DNA from: Neoconidiobolus thromboides FSU 785
Taxonomy: Eukaryota > Fungi > Entomophthoromycota
Assembly: GCA_025603075.1 (NCBI GenBank)
Contig: MU626409.1
Coordinates: 1 to 47,941 of the forward strand
Direction of reading: 5' to 3'
Length of the DNA: 47,941 nt
The position numbers were made by a program, and so were the translations under genes. The stretch's first letter is position 1. Every line of letters starts with the position of its first letter. The notes beneath the pieces are model-generated. The model made no database searches and was not told where the DNA came from. It saw only the letters and a program-made list of their open reading frames with translations. Positions 44,445-47,941 of the stretch are shown one piece after another.

Positions 44445-46377
44445 TTATACCTGAGTAATAAACCAATAAGGAGTGTTACTTAAAGTATTTCCATCATCCA
44501 TTTCTTTAGTAGATTGATTGAATTGATAAGCCGCTAATTCTTTATTAAATATCACATGAGCTATCAAAATGTAGATCCCCTAACCACTAGGGATAGGTGG
44601 ATCTTGCCTTGTAAAAATAGTAGCTAAAATATGATAAGCTTCTTTGATCCATTCTTGATCCAGTAAAATATGAGAAATTGGGGGTAAGTGGTAGCATTCG
44701 AATACAATCTAAAAATCATACATTTTTTTCCAAACAAAGTATTGCACTTTGCTTTAGTACTCTATAACATTCCTAACGTTCCATTGCTTTTTAAGAACTC
44801 AAGACATATTGCTGATTCGCTTACGATTTATCAATATTTTCTAGAAGATCAAAGTTCTGCAACTATTAGTAACTTGGAAATATTCGTCAAACCATTATTT
44901 AGTAATACACTAGCATTAAATACATAAAATAAAAAGCATTGACTGCTTCATGGTAGACTTTTTATTTTTAGTATCGTTATTTTCAGATAACCTATATGCT
45001 CAAGGATGATCGCCAAACCAATTTTTATACCTATGCTTTGGAAAATAGAAGCCTTGATTGAAAAGAGAAGCAAAACGACAAATTAGCACTTAAATTGGCT
45101 CTTTCTATAAAAGAATCCATACTATGTCATATCTACCAATAAGATTACAAGTATATAAGAAATAGCCATATTGAAAGTAGTAGTCTTTATAGTTAACATT
45201 ACCAAAACCAACTCCACCATTGTATATCCATTTATAGCAATAATGCTACTCCAACAGCTATCATAAATAGATTCATCTTTATTACTACCACTTAACCAAA
45301 GTTTAATATATTCCTTAATTTTGCTTAATATCTTCGGTATCAAATCATTATTATTAATAGATTCGGCTATTAAACATTATTTTTGCTAATTCTTTACCGA
45401 AAAATGAGAATCTTTTGTATTTGAACCGATTTCAATACTGATGTCTTGTAATAAAGCATTGCCAATAATATTAATATAAGTATTATCTAATAAGTTATCA
45501 GAAAGCCGTTCAATTTGATTATTTGATTCTTCATATAATGTCCATTGATCAGATATAATTGCAGTTAAATCACCTTCTGAACAATTATATCCGATTAAAT
45601 TGTACTATTTAGATTAACTATACAATATATACAATAGAGTAACGCTAATACCAAAAAGATAAATTATTTCTACTTTTTTAAAAATTAAAGTGTAAATAAG
45701 CCTGGTCGCAAATAGAAAACTCATAACCAACCATATTGCCAGTTAGATAACTGGGATAAAACTAGTCAATCATGTCCAAGCTGCTATCAAATGGCTCTAG
45801 AATTAATATGATTCTTAATGCACCTATACAATTAGCATTCATCTAAGTTTCATTTAATACATTTACGCAACTCATAACATTATCATTTGTATAAAAAGCT
45901 CATAGCTCTACATTACCTAACCTTACTAAGCAGCATTGATTTCCAATTTATACAGACTGAATATCTCGAATAGCTTTAAATTCAAGTTTACTATCATTAG
46001 CTTTAATAGTAATATATGGATAGTATCTAATTAAACAAGCTGCTGATTGATTATCCCAATTTAAAGTTAATGATAAATCATCAATTGAACTGATATTTTT
46101 AGTGATTTTCTAATTAGTATCTAAACTTAATTGCCGATTTTTTACAAATGGAAAAGCCACATTATAGTTATATTTTATCTTATCAAGATAATAGGTGATT
46201 ATTCCTTAATCATTACACTACAAAATATAAGGGTATAGAGATGAATGACTAAGACCTTAACTTAAAATTAACTTTTTTCACTATCGATTGGTATGTTTAG
46301 ACATATTTAGAACACTGCTCTAAGGCTGAACTGCTACTAAAAAGAGCATTTATCCAGGAGTTGGTCCAATTTATCAT
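44445..46377 (-). pseudogene. GH81 glucanase pseudogene, inverted paralog of 22220-24313
   Basis: Starts MINWTNSWINALFSS (cf. MISWTNSWLNAFFTS) and ends DGNTLSNTPYWFITQV* (cf. DGNTLSNTLYWFATQQ*). Collinear with many stops and frameshifts. Confidence 0.92.
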
Positions 46378-46646
46378 TACTTTTATTGCTTTATTATTGT
46401 TTTTGGTTTCATTATTCTTGCTTTTTATACTTTTCATTTTTTCATTTTTTCACTTTGTTATTCTGTAATGTACTATATCATATAAACTATTAGCCACGTA
46501 ATACATATTTTGCTATTACCCTGTGATGACAGCTTGTAAAATTATTTCACTATAGCTTGCTGTTTACTCTAATTTAGATTGGACTATTTTCTTACCTTAT
46601 TCTTATTTCAATTAACTGTTAAATTTGGTGAAATAGAGAACTTTTT

Positions 46647-46731
46647 AATATTTAATTAAATACATAGTAATACCATTAAGTATAATATTTAATTAAATAC
46701 ACAGTAATACTATTAAGTATAATATTTAATT
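46647..46731. repeat. 37-bp tandem repeat, 2.3 copies
   Basis: AATATTTAATTAAATACA(T/C)AGTAATAC(C/T)ATTAAGTAT twice plus a partial unit. Confidence 0.9.
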
Positions 46732-46830
46732 TTATCCTTATTTTCTATCTTTATTCTTATCTTTATTTAATTTAAAATACTATAAAATATGGGCTAGGGG
46801 ATTAAACTCAAGTGTATAAAATATACACTT

Positions 46831-46929
46831 GGGGATGTTTTTTTTGGCTTTATCATTTTTTCTAGTTTTTAAGCGCTATTTAAGCGGAAAAATTGATAGT
46901 AAAATTCTTAAACTTGAGAATACATCCCC
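46831..46929. mobile_element. Sola-family MITE (99 bp); keeps both ancestral CpGs
   Basis: GGGGATGT...ACATCCCC with flanks ACTT/ATTT. Confidence 0.9.
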
Positions 46930-47331
46930 ATTTGAAGTATTGAAAAGTTAAAATACAATCAGAAGTTTTTTAAGTTTATTTGATAGCAATGAAATTCCTG
47001 CTACTTTTATCCATAGGAAGCAAAATCCTCAATAAAATATAAAGTTACTTTATTTAGTAAAAAAATCAAACTAGAATAACTAAACAAGACAAATATTAAC
47101 TCTAAGATTTAAATAAATCAAAAAACTAATTTATTTTACCTTTGTGAGTTTATGAATACAGCTTCGAAGAAAACTAAAATAAAAGCTGTTGTTATTTGTG
47201 CACCTTTTCTACAGTTGTATCAACACCAATGCACTGTACTATTGTAAGCAAAAAACTCAACAAGTTATAAATTTATAGTGTTTTATTAAGTTTCTGTAAG
47301 ATCTTTGCTTAATTTTTTTATGCATTGATAT

Positions 47332-47424
47332 TAGTATGGCTTTTTTGATTTCATCACTTCTATCTTTAACTATTGTTCAAGTAGAAAAATTGTTAGTAAA
47401 ATTGTTAAAAAAAATAGATACACA
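47332..47424. mobile_element. Highly degenerate Sola-family MITE
   Basis: TTTTTTGATTTCATCACTTC...AAAAATTGTTAGTAAAATT matches the MITE body. Termini decayed. Confidence 0.55.
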
Positions 47425-47735
47425 TTAGTAAAAAAAGATGTAGATAGAACTTAAATTAAATCAGTTTTAAGAGTTACTTAACAAATTAATTGAAACTATA
47501 GTTTTGATTATTGCAATATTAATATTAATTTCTTATGTTGGAAATAAGAAAAATCGTAGTATCAAGCTTAAGTCATATAGATATATTTTTTTGTTTGGAC
47601 CTTTTTGTAATATTTATAAACTAATAGATAACTTTAGTCAAATTTTTTTAATGAAAATTAAATCTAATGTCTAAATTAAATGAAAATACACAATAAATTG
47701 AAAATCAAATGTTTTGGTAGTTTGCTTTTATAGAG

Positions 47736-47941
47736 TTAACAAAATGGTAATTTGATAAGCTTGTTGAAAATAAACACATGGCGTGCAACACTGTATGGTC
47801 CTTGTTGGCTTTGACCACAGTTAGGATCTTCATCAAAAGATTGATCACAGTAGACAAATTCAGTTCTTCCAAATGATGATCTACGCTCATAAATTTCAGC
47901 TGCTACATGGACATAGTTGAAGCTTCTTGGTGGAAGATGAG
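47736..47941 (-). CDS. Class 3 lipase, 3' end (runs off the window's right edge); close paralog of 41546-42583
   Basis: HLPPRSFNYVHVAAEIYERRSSFGRTEFVYCDQSFDEDPNCGQSQQGPYSVARHVFIFNKLIKLPFC*, open frame. ORF-track 47705-47890 is a wrong-frame artefact. Confidence 0.9.
   Translation of the reverse strand, partial: HLPPRSFNYVHVAAEIYERRSSFGRTEFVYCDQSFDEDPNCGQSQQGPYSVARHVFIFNKLIKLPFC

Noticed and set aside
46809-46831. Hairpin CAAGTGTATA-AAA-TATACACTTG next to a MITE
   Set aside because: Single short palindrome with no second copy or other support.
1-47941. tRNA, rRNA or telomeric repeats
   Set aside because: No cloverleaf with a T-loop GTTCRA in proper context, no rRNA-like GC-rich tract and no tandem telomere motif found by eye.

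Overview
AT-rich eukaryotic genomic DNA that looks like an early-diverging fungus. A Conidiobolus-like lineage is my inference only, based on composition, a 49-nt intron and gene content. Protein genes: the 5' end of a secreted multicopper oxidase; a proline/QPS-repeat orphan; a Q50 homeodomain factor; a GH81 endo-1,3-beta-glucanase plus an inverted pseudogene copy; a small spliced 2-TM protein; a PY-motif orphan; an intronless full-length ABCB/MDR transporter; and five copies of a Rhizomucor-lipase-like class 3 lipase (2 intact, 1 cut by the window edge, 2 pseudogenes). The ORF track hides a dense, nested transposon system. It comprises two dead copies of a Sola-type (probably Sola2-like) DDD DNA transposon, about 14 copies of a ~99-bp MITE whose two ends match the two different ends of that transposon (4-bp ANNT TSD, mostly ATAT), and four copies of a ~460-bp TG...CA LTR, three of which sit in or abut Sola-family DNA. 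There is also a CACTA-type MITE and an L1-like remnant. The MITE copies show clean CpG-to-TpG/CpA decay. All alignments were done by eye and no database search was run, so family names and novelty need confirmation. No tRNA, rRNA or CRISPR array was seen.
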